The notes beneath the pieces were generated by a model. The model had not been told where the DNA came from and made no database searches. It saw only the letters and a list, made by a program, of their open reading frames with translations. This document shows, piece by piece, positions 45,553 to 54,023 of a stretch of DNA of 64,000 nt. The stretch covers positions 17,825-81,824 of the forward strand of contig JAJDVZ010000156.1 in NCBI GenBank assembly GCA_022825835.1, written 5' to 3'. Position 1 is the stretch's first letter; each line of letters starts with the position of its first letter. The translations under genes and the position numbers were made by a program. This stretch comes from Candidatus Latescibacterota bacterium. GTDB lineage: Bacteria; Latescibacterota; UBA2968; UBA8231.

Positions 45553-46535
45553 TGCGGCATCAAGGCCCGCACCGCATCCACCTTGAGCGCGAAGGGCGGC
45601 TCGGTGCTCGTGTCGTAGAAGCGGCTGAGATTGTCGCGGGTGACGACGATGGTCGGCGTCTCGTAGTGGGGGGGTAGCTGTTCGCCGCGCGCTAGTTGCA
45701 CCGCCGCATCGATGAGCGCACCACCGACGAAATTGGGAAACATCGCCAGCGCCGCCGCGTAAGGCGTGTCGCCGGTGAGGGCCGTCTGTCCCACGGTGCC
45801 CTCGAAGCCGAAGCCGATTGCCGTCAGCGCTGCTTCGTCCAATCCGGCCGCCTTGTAGGCCGCCATGCCGCCGGTCATCGAATCGTCGTTGATACCGTAG
45901 ATCACGTTGATCTGCGGGTTGGCCGTCAGCGCGTCTTGCGCCACCTTGAACGCCTTTTCCTTGAGGCCCTGCCCATCGACTTCTTGGACGATCTCATGGG
46001 TCAGACCCGAAGCGGCGAGCGCGTCTTTGAAGCCATCGACCCGTTGCCGACAGTCCTCAAAGTTGGGGAAGCCGACGATGAGGATCTTGGGATCGAGACC
46101 CTTCTCCGCCGCGTAGCTGGCAAACCACTCGCCGGCCTTGACCCCACCCGCGTAGTTGTCGATTCCCACGTAGCTGACGGCCTCGGACACGGGGTTGGAC
46201 TCGGTAATCACGTGTACTCCCGCCGCTTTGGCCTGCCGTACTATCGGCCCCATTGCCTTGGCATCCACCGGCGATAGGACCAGCACCTCGACCCCTTGAG
46301 CGAGCAAGTTTTCGGCTTTGGAGATTTGCGCTGCCACGTCGAGGTTGGCATCGGCGACGATCAGCTCGACATCCAACTCGGCCGCCCGCGCTGTCGCCGA
46401 TTTGCTGATGTTTTGATACCACTCGTGCGACATGAAGTTGATGACGTAGCCGATCTTGAGTTTGTCGGGCGCGTCGTCCGGCTGTCCGCAGGCGACCAAT
46501 AGGGCGCACAGCAGCCATGTTTTAGTCTTACTCAT
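45549..46535 (-). CDS. Sugar ABC transporter periplasmic binding lipoprotein (RbsB/Peripla_BP_4 type)
   Basis: Lipobox LLVACG, followed by a type I periplasmic-binding fold pattern (KIGYVINF...VLSPVD...VITESN...IYGINDD). Confidence 0.85.
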   Translation of the reverse strand: MSKTKTWLLCALLVACGQPDDAPDKLKIGYVINFMSHEWYQNISKSATARAAELDVELIVADANLDVAAQISKAENLLAQGVEVLVLSPVDAKAMGPIVRQAKAAGVHVITESNPVSEAVSYVGIDNYAGGVKAGEWFASYAAEKGLDPKILIVGFPNFEDCRQRVDGFKDALAASGLTHEIVQEVDGQGLKEKAFKVAQDALTANPQINVIYGINDDSMTGGMAAYKAAGLDEAALTAIGFGFEGTVGQTALTGDTPYAAALAMFPNFVGGALIDAAVQLARGEQLPPHYETPTIVVTRDNLSRFYDTSTEPPFALKVDAVRALMPQ

Positions 46536-46543
46536 TTGTTCTC

Positions 46544-47392
46544 CTATCCTTTTACGGCGCCAGCCGTCAATCCCTGGACAAAATACCGCTGCAATCCCAC
46601 GAAGAGCGCGATTGGCGGCAGGCTAAAGATCAGCGATGCGGCGAATAGCTGGTCGTATTTGTTGACGTATTGCCCCAAAAACGCGGCGCGCAATCCCACC
46701 GGAATGGTCAGGGCCTGCGATTTGGTAAACACAAAAGCGAACAAGAATTCATTCCACGAAAGCAAAAAGGCAAAAGTCCCCACTGCCACGATCGCCGGTG
46801 CGGCCAGCGGCAGAACGATTCGGTAGAGTAGCTGGAGGCGGTTGCAGCCGTCGATGAGCGCGGCCTGCTCTAGATCGGTGGGGATGGCGCGGAAATAGCC
46901 GTTGAGCAGCCAGGTGCAAAACGGGATGGCAAAGCCCGTGTAGATCAGCACCATGCCCACGTGCGTGTCGAGCAAGCCGAACGAGCGAATTACCTGAAAG
47001 AGCGGGATGAGGATCGAAGAGCCGGGCAGCATTTGCGACATCACCACCACCATCAGCAACAAGGTGTTGCCGCGAAAGCGGAAGCGGGCAAAGGCATACG
47101 CCGCGCAGACGCTAAACGCGAGGGCGATTAGGGCCGTTGAAAGGGAAATTACCATGCTGTTGGCAAAGTACTTCACAAACGGCCCGGTGTCCCACATCTC
47201 GACGTACGCGTGGAAGGTGAGGGAGCGGGGGAAGACCAAAGGCGGCGTCTGCGTCATCTCGGACAGGGGGCGCACCGAAGTCGTGACCACCCATATCAGC
47301 GGCATCACCAGCGCGAGTACAAAGACCGAGCCCAAGCCGTAGGCGAGATAGGCGCGGACTTTTTCTTGGGTTTTAATCGGAATAGACATCAT
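46544..47392 (-). CDS. Carbohydrate ABC transporter permease (MalG-like, BPD_transp_1)
   Basis: EAA loop EQAALIDGCNRLQLLYRIVLPLAAPA and 6 TM helices. Confidence 0.85.
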   Translation of the reverse strand: MMSIPIKTQEKVRAYLAYGLGSVFVLALVMPLIWVVTTSVRPLSEMTQTPPLVFPRSLTFHAYVEMWDTGPFVKYFANSMVISLSTALIALAFSVCAAYAFARFRFRGNTLLLMVVVMSQMLPGSSILIPLFQVIRSFGLLDTHVGMVLIYTGFAIPFCTWLLNGYFRAIPTDLEQAALIDGCNRLQLLYRIVLPLAAPAIVAVGTFAFLLSWNEFLFAFVFTKSQALTIPVGLRAAFLGQYVNKYDQLFAASLIFSLPPIALFVGLQRYFVQGLTAGAVKG

Positions 47393-47404
47393 CTGTATGG
47401 CCTA

Positions 47405-49432
47405 TTACTTGAGCAAGAGCATCTGGCGGGTCTGCCCGCCGCCGGGGTGGAAAAGCCGCGTCAGATAGACGCCCGCGGCCACCGCCGCCCCGCGCTGGTC
47501 GCGGCCATCCCAGGGGACTTGGTAGAAGCCTGCGGGCTGGTATTGATCCACGAGGGTGCGCACCGGCTGCCCCAAGGCATTGTAAATTTTCAGCCGCACT
47601 GCACCGGGGGTGGCTATACGGTAGATAAGATAGGTGCTGGCGTTGAACGGGTTGGGATAATTGGGATCTAGGCTGCTGACGTCCGGTAGCAAGCGCGGTG
47701 CCGAAGATTGAATCGCCGTTGGTTCAGCGGGGGTGATGTAGGGCGACATATCCCATAGCAGCATTATGTTGTCCCAACTGCCACTGGCGAGAGTAGTCCC
47801 ATCGGGCGAGAACGTCACTGAATAGACCCAACTATGATGTCTTGTGAGAGTGTTTATTAGTTGTCCAGCTTCCACGTCCCATAGCCGCACTGTGCTGTCC
47901 TCACTGCCACCACTGGCGAGGATGGTTCCATCCGGTGAGAACGCCACGGAACAGACCAGATCCGTATGGCCTGTGAGAGTGTTTATTAGTTGTCCAGCTT
48001 CCACGTCCCATAGCCGCACTGTACCGTCCCAATGGGCACTGGCGAGGGTGGTTCCATCGGGCGAAAACGCCACGGAATAGACCGCATTTCCTCTATGGTC
48101 TAAGGTGTTTATCAGTTGTCCTGCTTCTACCTTCCACAACCGCACCGTGCCGTTGTCCCAATCGGCACTGGCGAGGGTGGTTCCATCGGGTGAAAACGCC
48201 ACGGAATGGACCGGAGTCCTAGTATAAGCCGGAGCCCTAGTATTACCTAAAGTGTTTATTAGTTGTCCTGCTTCTACGTCCCATAACTGCATCGTGCCGT
48301 CCAAACTGGCACTGGCGAGGATGGTTCCATCGGGCGAAAACGCCACGAAAGTCACATAATCCGTATGGCCTGTGAGTGTGTTTACCAGTTGTCCTGCTTC
48401 TACGTCCCATAATTGCACCGTGCCATCCCGAATGGCACTGGCGAGGATGGTTCCATCCGGTGAAAACGCGACGGAATGGATCGCCCCCCCATGACCTAAG
48501 GCTTTTACCCATTGTTCTGACTCCACGTTCCACAGCCGCACTGTGCTGTCCAAGCTAGCACTGATGAGGGTGTTTCCATCGGGTGAGAAGGCCACGGCAT
48601 AGACCAGATCCGTATGGCCTGCGAGAGTGTTTATTAGTTGTTCTGACTCCACGTTCCACAGCCGCACTGTGTAGTCCCAACTGCCACTGGCGAGGATGGT
48701 TCCATCGGGTGAGAAGGCCACGGACAAGACAGAACTCGTATGGCCTGTGAGAGTGTTTATTAGTTGTCCAGCTTCTACATCCCATAGCCGCACTGTGTAG
48801 TCCGAACTGGCACTGGCAAGGGTTTTTCCATCGAGCGAGAACGCCACGGAACGGACTCCACCCGTATGGCCTGTGAGAGTGTTTATCAGTTGTCCAGCTT
48901 CTACATCCCATAGTCGCACTGTGTAGTCCGAACTGGCACTGGCAAGGGTTTTTCCATCGGGCGCAAACGCCACGGAATGAACTCTATCCGTATGCTCTAA
49001 GGTGTTTAGTAGTTGTCCAGATTCCACATTCCATAGCCGCACTGTGCGGTCTCGACTGGCACTAGCGAGGGTTTTTCCATCCGGCGCAAACGCCACGGAA
49101 TAGACCGAATCCGTATGGCCTCTGAGGGTGTCTATCCATTGTCCAGCTTCCACATCCCATAGTCGCACTGTGCCGTCCCGACTGGCACTGGCGAGGGTTT
49201 TTCCATCCGGCGCAAACGCCACGGACCAGACAACACCCATATGGCCTGTGAGTAGAGCGATTTCAGCACTGGTGTTCGCATCGTCGAGCGAGACGCCTGC
49301 ACTGGTGCTCACCTTGCCCGAGCGGGCGAGGGCTTCTGCGGGCCAAGGGGTGTAGTCTTGGGCGAAACTGCTCTGCACCCATAAGGCACAGACGACCAAG
49401 AAGCTGACGTTGGACAACCGGATCTTGTTCAT
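47405..49432 (-). CDS. Secreted WD40-repeat protein (12 recognisable blades) with T9SS type-A-like C-terminal domain
   Basis: True start is the ATG at 49432 (SD AAGGAGGA; signal peptide MNKIRLSNVSFLVVCALWVQSSFAQ). Repeats read GHT..V.SVAFSPDG..LASAS.D.TVRLWDVEAGQLINTL. C-terminal NYPNPFNASTYLIY...LKIYNALGQPV...WDGRD..G..VAAGVYL...MLLLK. Confidence 0.85.
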   Translation of the reverse strand: MNKIRLSNVSFLVVCALWVQSSFAQDYTPWPAEALARSGKVSTSAGVSLDDANTSAEIALLTGHMGVVWSVAFAPDGKTLASASRDGTVRLWDVEAGQWIDTLRGHTDSVYSVAFAPDGKTLASASRDRTVRLWNVESGQLLNTLEHTDRVHSVAFAPDGKTLASASSDYTVRLWDVEAGQLINTLTGHTGGVRSVAFSLDGKTLASASSDYTVRLWDVEAGQLINTLTGHTSSVLSVAFSPDGTILASGSWDYTVRLWNVESEQLINTLAGHTDLVYAVAFSPDGNTLISASLDSTVRLWNVESEQWVKALGHGGAIHSVAFSPDGTILASAIRDGTVQLWDVEAGQLVNTLTGHTDYVTFVAFSPDGTILASASLDGTMQLWDVEAGQLINTLGNTRAPAYTRTPVHSVAFSPDGTTLASADWDNGTVRLWKVEAGQLINTLDHRGNAVYSVAFSPDGTTLASAHWDGTVRLWDVEAGQLINTLTGHTDLVCSVAFSPDGTILASGGSEDSTVRLWDVEAGQLINTLTRHHSWVYSVTFSPDGTTLASGSWDNIMLLWDMSPYITPAEPTAIQSSAPRLLPDVSSLDPNYPNPFNASTYLIYRIATPGAVRLKIYNALGQPVRTLVDQYQPAGFYQVPWDGRDQRGAAVAAGVYLTRLFHPGGGQTRQMLLLK
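47800..49230 (-). repeat. Near-identical in-frame tandem repeats encoding the WD40 blades
   Basis: Strings such as GAGAGTGTTTATTAGTTGTCCAGCTTC recur at roughly 42-codon spacing (for example near 47845, 47975 and 48750). Confidence 0.8.
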
Positions 49433-49464
49433 CGGCGTATCCTCCTTAGTCATTTTCTTGAATT

Positions 49465-49659
49465 TTAATTCGCATTCGCATCTCTCCTCTCCTCGCGGAA
49501 GAGCACGCGGATGAAGACGATGCTCATGGCCAACAAAAAGAGTAGCAGAATGAGCGCCGCGCCCGCGCCCTTGCCGAGCCGCAGGTGTTCGAAGGCGATG
49601 CGATAGACTGTAATCGGCACCACCTGCGTGGCCTTGGCCGGGCCGCCTTCGGTCATTAT
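49465..49659 (-). pseudogene. Orphan 3'-terminal fragment of a MalF-like permease gene (duplicate of 50863-51051)
   Basis: Encodes MTEGGPAKATQVVPITVYRIAFEHLRLGKG.AALILLLFLLAMSIVFIRVLFREERRD, almost identical to the C-terminus of the 299-aa permease. No N-terminal part is present. Confidence 0.75.
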
Positions 49660-50877
49660 TACGGCTAAAATCAGCCCTTTTTCGCATTCTGGATCAGCAG
49701 GGCTTCACTCGGCGGTTATCTCATCCAACAAGCGCGTGAACTCGGCCAGTTCCGCCACCTGGATGGCGGCGCGCAGCAAGACTTGGAGTTGCTCGACTGC
49801 TTCAATACTCTCCAAGCGCTCCGACAACGCCTTGGCCGCATCCGCATCAAACCGAAGCGCCAAGGCTTCTTGGATACTTTGCCGAAGCCCTTGCTCCAGC
49901 CCTTGCTCCAGCCCCTCCTCATGTCCCTCCTCACGTCCCTCCTCACGTCCCTGCTTCAGCCCTTCCTCATGCCCCTGTTCCAGTGCTCGCTTGCGCAAAG
50001 ACTCAAGTAACGGAAACTCAGTCATGATCTCCTCCGATATAAAAGAAAAAACGGTTGATTCCTCGCATACCAATGAACTCAACATCCCCATGTGTGCCAA
50101 CACACTATGCTTAACGGCACGAGATACAGCTAACTCCTCGGTCGTTTCCACACACTGACGCAACCACGCATCCACATCCATCCCTTGAGGACGCCCCATC
50201 AGCGGCGTAAAGGGCAGCACCCCCACATTGCCCGACGACAAATACGTCATCCCATCCAACGCAATCAAACGGATCACCTTATAGCGCAGCAGTACCTCAA
50301 AGCCCGTATGCTCTTGAATATAATGCCCCGGATCGCGCCGTCCGGCCTCGGGACGCAGGTAGATCACGTAGGAAAACAGGGGCAAGCCGTACTCGGCAAT
50401 GCAGCGTCCCATGTAGCTGGCCATGCGGCGCGGCATGGGCACGGCCGTGCTATCGGTAGTTTGAAACTCGCAATGAACTAACGCTTCCTCGCCTTGGATT
50501 TGCACGTGCAGTAAGCTGTCCATCACCTGCGTCTCGACGGTGGGTTGCTCCGGGTTGAGCATATCCAGTAGCTGCACCTGTGAGTGCCCCAGCAGGAAGG
50601 TCAGAAAGCTCTGCGGATGAGTGCTGAGCAGGGATTTAGAAACGCTGTCAAATTCGGCCATCGGTCCGTTCTCCTGAGAAGCGTTCTTAAAACTCGCGTC
50701 GGACGATAGGTGTATTCGTGGCTACGGACCACGGCGAATTTTAAGACAGCTTCTAAGAGTGGACGCGATGTGATGTAGAGAAATATATCCGATTGGCACA
50801 CCAAGACAAAGGGCATAGCACAGCCCACCGAGGCCATCAAGCACCTTGGCATCTGACGATTTTCAATCGCCGTCCCG
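49660..50877. mobile_element. 1.2-kb inserted segment carrying an Rpn/YhgA-like nuclease gene, bracketed by 174-bp direct repeats
   Basis: The direct repeats at 49486-49659 and 50878-51051 are offset by exactly 1392 bp with no indels and about 9 mismatches by eye. Confidence 0.6.
49705..50661 (-). CDS. Rpn-family recombination-promoting nuclease / putative transposase (PD-(D/E)XK, with DUF4351-like tail)
   Basis: N-terminal D...LVHCEFQT (D...ExQ nuclease core) and RRMASYMGRC. C-terminal low-complexity EQGHEEGLKQGREEGREEGHEEGLEQGLEQGL followed by a helical tail, as in YhgA/Rpn-like proteins. Confidence 0.75.
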   Translation of the reverse strand: MAEFDSVSKSLLSTHPQSFLTFLLGHSQVQLLDMLNPEQPTVETQVMDSLLHVQIQGEEALVHCEFQTTDSTAVPMPRRMASYMGRCIAEYGLPLFSYVIYLRPEAGRRDPGHYIQEHTGFEVLLRYKVIRLIALDGMTYLSSGNVGVLPFTPLMGRPQGMDVDAWLRQCVETTEELAVSRAVKHSVLAHMGMLSSLVCEESTVFSFISEEIMTEFPLLESLRKRALEQGHEEGLKQGREEGREEGHEEGLEQGLEQGLRQSIQEALALRFDADAAKALSERLESIEAVEQLQVLLRAAIQVAELAEFTRLLDEITAE

Positions 50878-51762
50878 CCTCTCCTCGCGGAATAGTACGC
50901 GGATGAAGACGATGCTCATGGCCAGCAAAAAGAGCAGCAGAATGAGCGCCGCGGCCGCGCCTTTGCCGAGCCGCAGGTGTTCGAAGGCGATGCGATAGAC
51001 CGTAATCGGCACCACCTGCGTGGCCTTGGCTGGGCCGCCCTCGGTCATTATGAAGATCAGCGCGAAGTCGTTGACCATCCAGATGGTGGCGAAGAGGAAG
51101 ACCACCCCGATCACGTGTTTGAGCTGCGGCAGCGTCACGTGGAAGAAGCGCCCGAACACATTGGCTCCATCGACGTGCGCGGCCTCGTACAGCTCGGCGG
51201 ACACGCCCTGCAAACCCGCTAGCAGCATGATGGTGATGTAGGGCATGAAGCGCCAGACATTGGCCACCACCACCGCGCCCATAGCCGCGTCCGGCTGCGC
51301 CAACCAGGGGACATTGGCGTCGATGAAGCCGAGGCTCAGGAGCGTATGATTGACGAGGCCGAAGCTGTCGTGGAACAGCCAGCGCCACATGTAGCCGGTC
51401 ACCACCGGGGCGATGGCCCAGGGGATGAGCAGAAAGCCGGTAAAGACGGGTCGGTACTTCTTGATCTCGTTGAAGATCAACGCCATTCCCAAGCCTAGGA
51501 CGAAGGCGACCGGCAGGGAGTAGAGCGTAAAGCGCACCGAGCTCCAGATGCTGTTGACGAAGGTGCGGCTGCCGAAGAGCTTGGCGTAGTGAGTCAGGCC
51601 GATGAACTCGTCGCCAGCGCCGCGAAAGAGCTTCACCTTGTACAAGCTCATGATCAGGTTGCTGAACACCGGGTAGAGGATGACGACCACCAAGACCAGC
51701 AGGGCCGGCAGCAAGAAATAGTACGGCGTCAGGTTTTTGCGCAGCGCACCTTTAGTAATCAC
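50863..51762 (-). CDS. Carbohydrate ABC transporter permease (MalF-like, BPD_transp_1)
   Basis: 6 TM helices and EAA loop YEAAHVDGANVFGRFFHVTLPQL. Overlaps the SBP gene by 11 nt. Confidence 0.9.
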   Translation of the reverse strand: MITKGALRKNLTPYYFLLPALLVLVVVILYPVFSNLIMSLYKVKLFRGAGDEFIGLTHYAKLFGSRTFVNSIWSSVRFTLYSLPVAFVLGLGMALIFNEIKKYRPVFTGFLLIPWAIAPVVTGYMWRWLFHDSFGLVNHTLLSLGFIDANVPWLAQPDAAMGAVVVANVWRFMPYITIMLLAGLQGVSAELYEAAHVDGANVFGRFFHVTLPQLKHVIGVVFLFATIWMVNDFALIFIMTEGGPAKATQVVPITVYRIAFEHLRLGKGAAAALILLLFLLAMSIVFIRVLFREERRDGD

Positions 51763-53020
51763 TCAATACCTCGTTTACTTCTTCGGCGGCAAAGTCCAGC
51801 GCCTCCTTGGGGCTTAGCGTGCCGGTCAGCGCCATATTGACCGCGTCGGCAATGTGCCGCTGGATCTGGGTAATCGCCGGATGGCCCGGCCAACCCAGCC
51901 CATTGGCCCCGGCGATGGCGAGTTGATCTAGGTCGATGTAATCGGACTGCACGCCTTCGGCATAGGCCGCTTTTAGCGTGGGAATGCCGCCCATGGTCGG
52001 GTTGGGGTTGCGCCAGACCGGATGGTCCAAATCCAGCGCCTTGACCACTTCCCAAGCTTCGTTGGGAACCTTGGTGTAGCCCGTTATGGCAATCATAATT
52101 ACGTCGAGCAATGTCCGCGATGGATGCGGCCCGATGTGCTCTGTGGGCGTGGGAATTTGCGCCAGCGCCAGATTGTTCAAATCGAAGTCGTAGTTGCCGT
52201 GGACGATATCCTGCCACCACGGCCCTTCAATCGATAGCGCGGCCTTGCCGGTTGACCAGTGCGCGGCGTTTTCGTCGAAGCGATAGGCCGCGCTGCCGGG
52301 AGGCAAATAGCCCTTGTTTTTCATCTCCACTAGAAACTCCAGCGCCGCCTGCCCGGCCGGGCCGTTAAAGGCGGCGGCCGACCAATCCTCGTCAAAGACG
52401 CGCCCACCCGCTTTGTACAGCAGCGGCAAAAAGCGGTAGGCTGTGTCCAGATTGACGCCCCCAGGCATGGTAAAAGGCTCGATCCCCGTGCCTGCGAATT
52501 GCGGCCCCAGCGCCAGCATCTCGTCCCAAGTCTTGGGCACTTCGAGTCCCATCCGACCCATAATGTCGGTGTTGACCGCCAGCACGAAGGGCAGCATGGT
52601 CACTGGCAGGCCGTAGTGCTTGCCGTCGTATTCGACCAGTTCCCAGACGTTGTCGAGGATGCGCTCCTTGACTTGGGGAAAATCGGGGAAATTCTCCAGC
52701 GCGTACAGCCCTCCCAACTCGCCGAACTCCACCGAGTACTTGTGATGCACTCGCACAATATCCGGCCCATCGCCGACGATGGTGGTGCTGATCAGGCTCT
52801 CGCGCTGCGTTGCCCAGTCGCGGAATTCCAACTCGATCTGGATGTCGCTGTGGGAGGCGTTGAAGTCGGCCACGGCCTGCTGCACCCATTCGCGCAGACC
52901 CGGCACGCCTCCGAACTCCCACAACACCACCGTGGTCGGCTCGCCGGGACGCGGGCGGTCGTCGCCTCCGCAGGCGATCAGGCCGACAAGGAGCGGAAAT
53001 AGTATTCGTTTCAAGTGCAT
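51752..53020 (-). CDS. ABC transporter extracellular solute-binding lipoprotein (family 1, CUT1 type)
   Basis: Lipobox LIACGG. 422 aa with a typical SBP_bac_1 pattern (VVLWEFGG..., PDIVRVH, WWQD). Confidence 0.85.
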   Translation of the reverse strand: MHLKRILFPLLVGLIACGGDDRPRPGEPTTVVLWEFGGVPGLREWVQQAVADFNASHSDIQIELEFRDWATQRESLISTTIVGDGPDIVRVHHKYSVEFGELGGLYALENFPDFPQVKERILDNVWELVEYDGKHYGLPVTMLPFVLAVNTDIMGRMGLEVPKTWDEMLALGPQFAGTGIEPFTMPGGVNLDTAYRFLPLLYKAGGRVFDEDWSAAAFNGPAGQAALEFLVEMKNKGYLPPGSAAYRFDENAAHWSTGKAALSIEGPWWQDIVHGNYDFDLNNLALAQIPTPTEHIGPHPSRTLLDVIMIAITGYTKVPNEAWEVVKALDLDHPVWRNPNPTMGGIPTLKAAYAEGVQSDYIDLDQLAIAGANGLGWPGHPAITQIQRHIADAVNMALTGTLSPKEALDFAAEEVNEVLSDY

Positions 53021-53053
53021 AATCTATCGCAACCCTACATCATTCAAGACTGG

Positions 53054-53073
53054 ATTCCCGCTTTCACGGGAAT
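53054..53073. repeat. Short hairpin ATTCCCG-CTTTCA-CGGGAAT
   Basis: 7-bp perfect stem in the divergent intergenic region. It resembles widespread REP-like GGAATCCCGC...GCGGGAAT-type elements. Confidence 0.4.
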
Positions 53074-53127
53074 GACGTATAGGTAAAAGAGACCGTGTCG
53101 ATGAACGCATGCTTGCAAATCATGTAG

Positions 53128-53143
53128 GACTGTTATAACAGTC
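53128..53143. promoter_or_regulatory. Perfect 16-bp palindrome GACTGTTATAACAGTC (candidate operator for the divergent ABC / epimerase genes)
   Basis: Self-complementary over all 16 nt. It lies about 108-123 nt upstream of the SBP start and 123-138 nt upstream of the epimerase start. Confidence 0.4.
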
Positions 53144-53265
53144 TATTTTCGCGCCGATTTATAGTAGCCAAAGCGCCAGTGGCCCACAACAAGGGCCGCG
53201 CCCGCTGGACACGTCTGGCCGTATTCCTTACTAATGAGAGCCAACCTTCACCCCCCAATAGGCTT

Positions 53266-54012
53266 ATGCAAAATATTCTCATCACAGGTGCTACGGGTCT
53301 GATCGGCACGGCCGCGGTCGCCAGCCTCCGCACCCGCTATAACTTGCGCGCCCTCAACCGCCGCCCGCTCCCAAACATCGACTGCCACCAAGCCGATATC
53401 GCCGATCTCGATGCCATCCGGCCGGCCTTTGCCGGGATCGACGCGGTCGTCCATCTCGCCGCCCATATTGAAAACGATATAGCGGCGATCTTCCGCGCCA
53501 ACTTGCAGGGGACGGGGAATGTTTTTGCCGCAGCTCACGAGGCCGGGGTGCGGCGCGTCCTCTTCGCCAGCAGCGGGTCGGTCATGGGCGGCTATGCCGC
53601 GCTCTCGCCATACAAGGAGCTGTTGGCCGGTGAGTACGACCAAGTGCCGGCTGAGTGGCCGATGCTGACTGCGCAATCGCCCCTGCGGCCAACGGGACTA
53701 TACGCAGCTAGCAAGGTCTGGGGCGAAGAGCTGGGCCGCGAGTACGCTTCGGCCCACGGCATGTCCGTCTTCTGCTTGCGCTTTGGCCGCGTCAATCCGG
53801 AAAACCGCCCGACCCATTCCCGCGAGTTCTGCGTCTGGTGCAGCCAGCGCGACGCCGTGCAGATGATCGAAAAGAGCCTTGCCGCTCCCTTTGACTTGCC
53901 CTTCGACACCTTCTTCGTCAACTCGGACAACAAATGGGGCTACCGCGACTTAGAACATGCTCGCCAGACGGTGGGCTTTGTGCCCGCAGACCAAGCCGAA
54001 GACTACCGCTGA
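53266..54012 (+). CDS. NAD-dependent epimerase/dehydratase family protein
   Basis: Start moved to 53266 (MQNILITGATGLIGTA). YAASK catalytic YxxxK. Confidence 0.8.
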   Translation: MQNILITGATGLIGTAAVASLRTRYNLRALNRRPLPNIDCHQADIADLDAIRPAFAGIDAVVHLAAHIENDIAAIFRANLQGTGNVFAAAHEAGVRRVLFASSGSVMGGYAALSPYKELLAGEYDQVPAEWPMLTAQSPLRPTGLYAASKVWGEELGREYASAHGMSVFCLRFGRVNPENRPTHSREFCVWCSQRDAVQMIEKSLAAPFDLPFDTFFVNSDNKWGYRDLEHARQTVGFVPADQAEDYR

Positions 54013-54023
54013 GGAGAAAATTT

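Noticed and set aside
47800-49230. Regularly spaced near-identical repeats, considered as a possible CRISPR-like array
   Set aside because: The repeats are in frame and contiguous with a period of about 126 nt, and they encode WD40 blades. There are no unique spacers and no cas genes.
49433-49687. 85-aa N-terminal extension of the WD40 ORF as listed in the track (start 49687)
   Set aside because: The extension is an off-frame read-through of the duplicated permease fragment. A strong SD (AAGGAGGA) and a signal peptide begin at the ATG at 49432.
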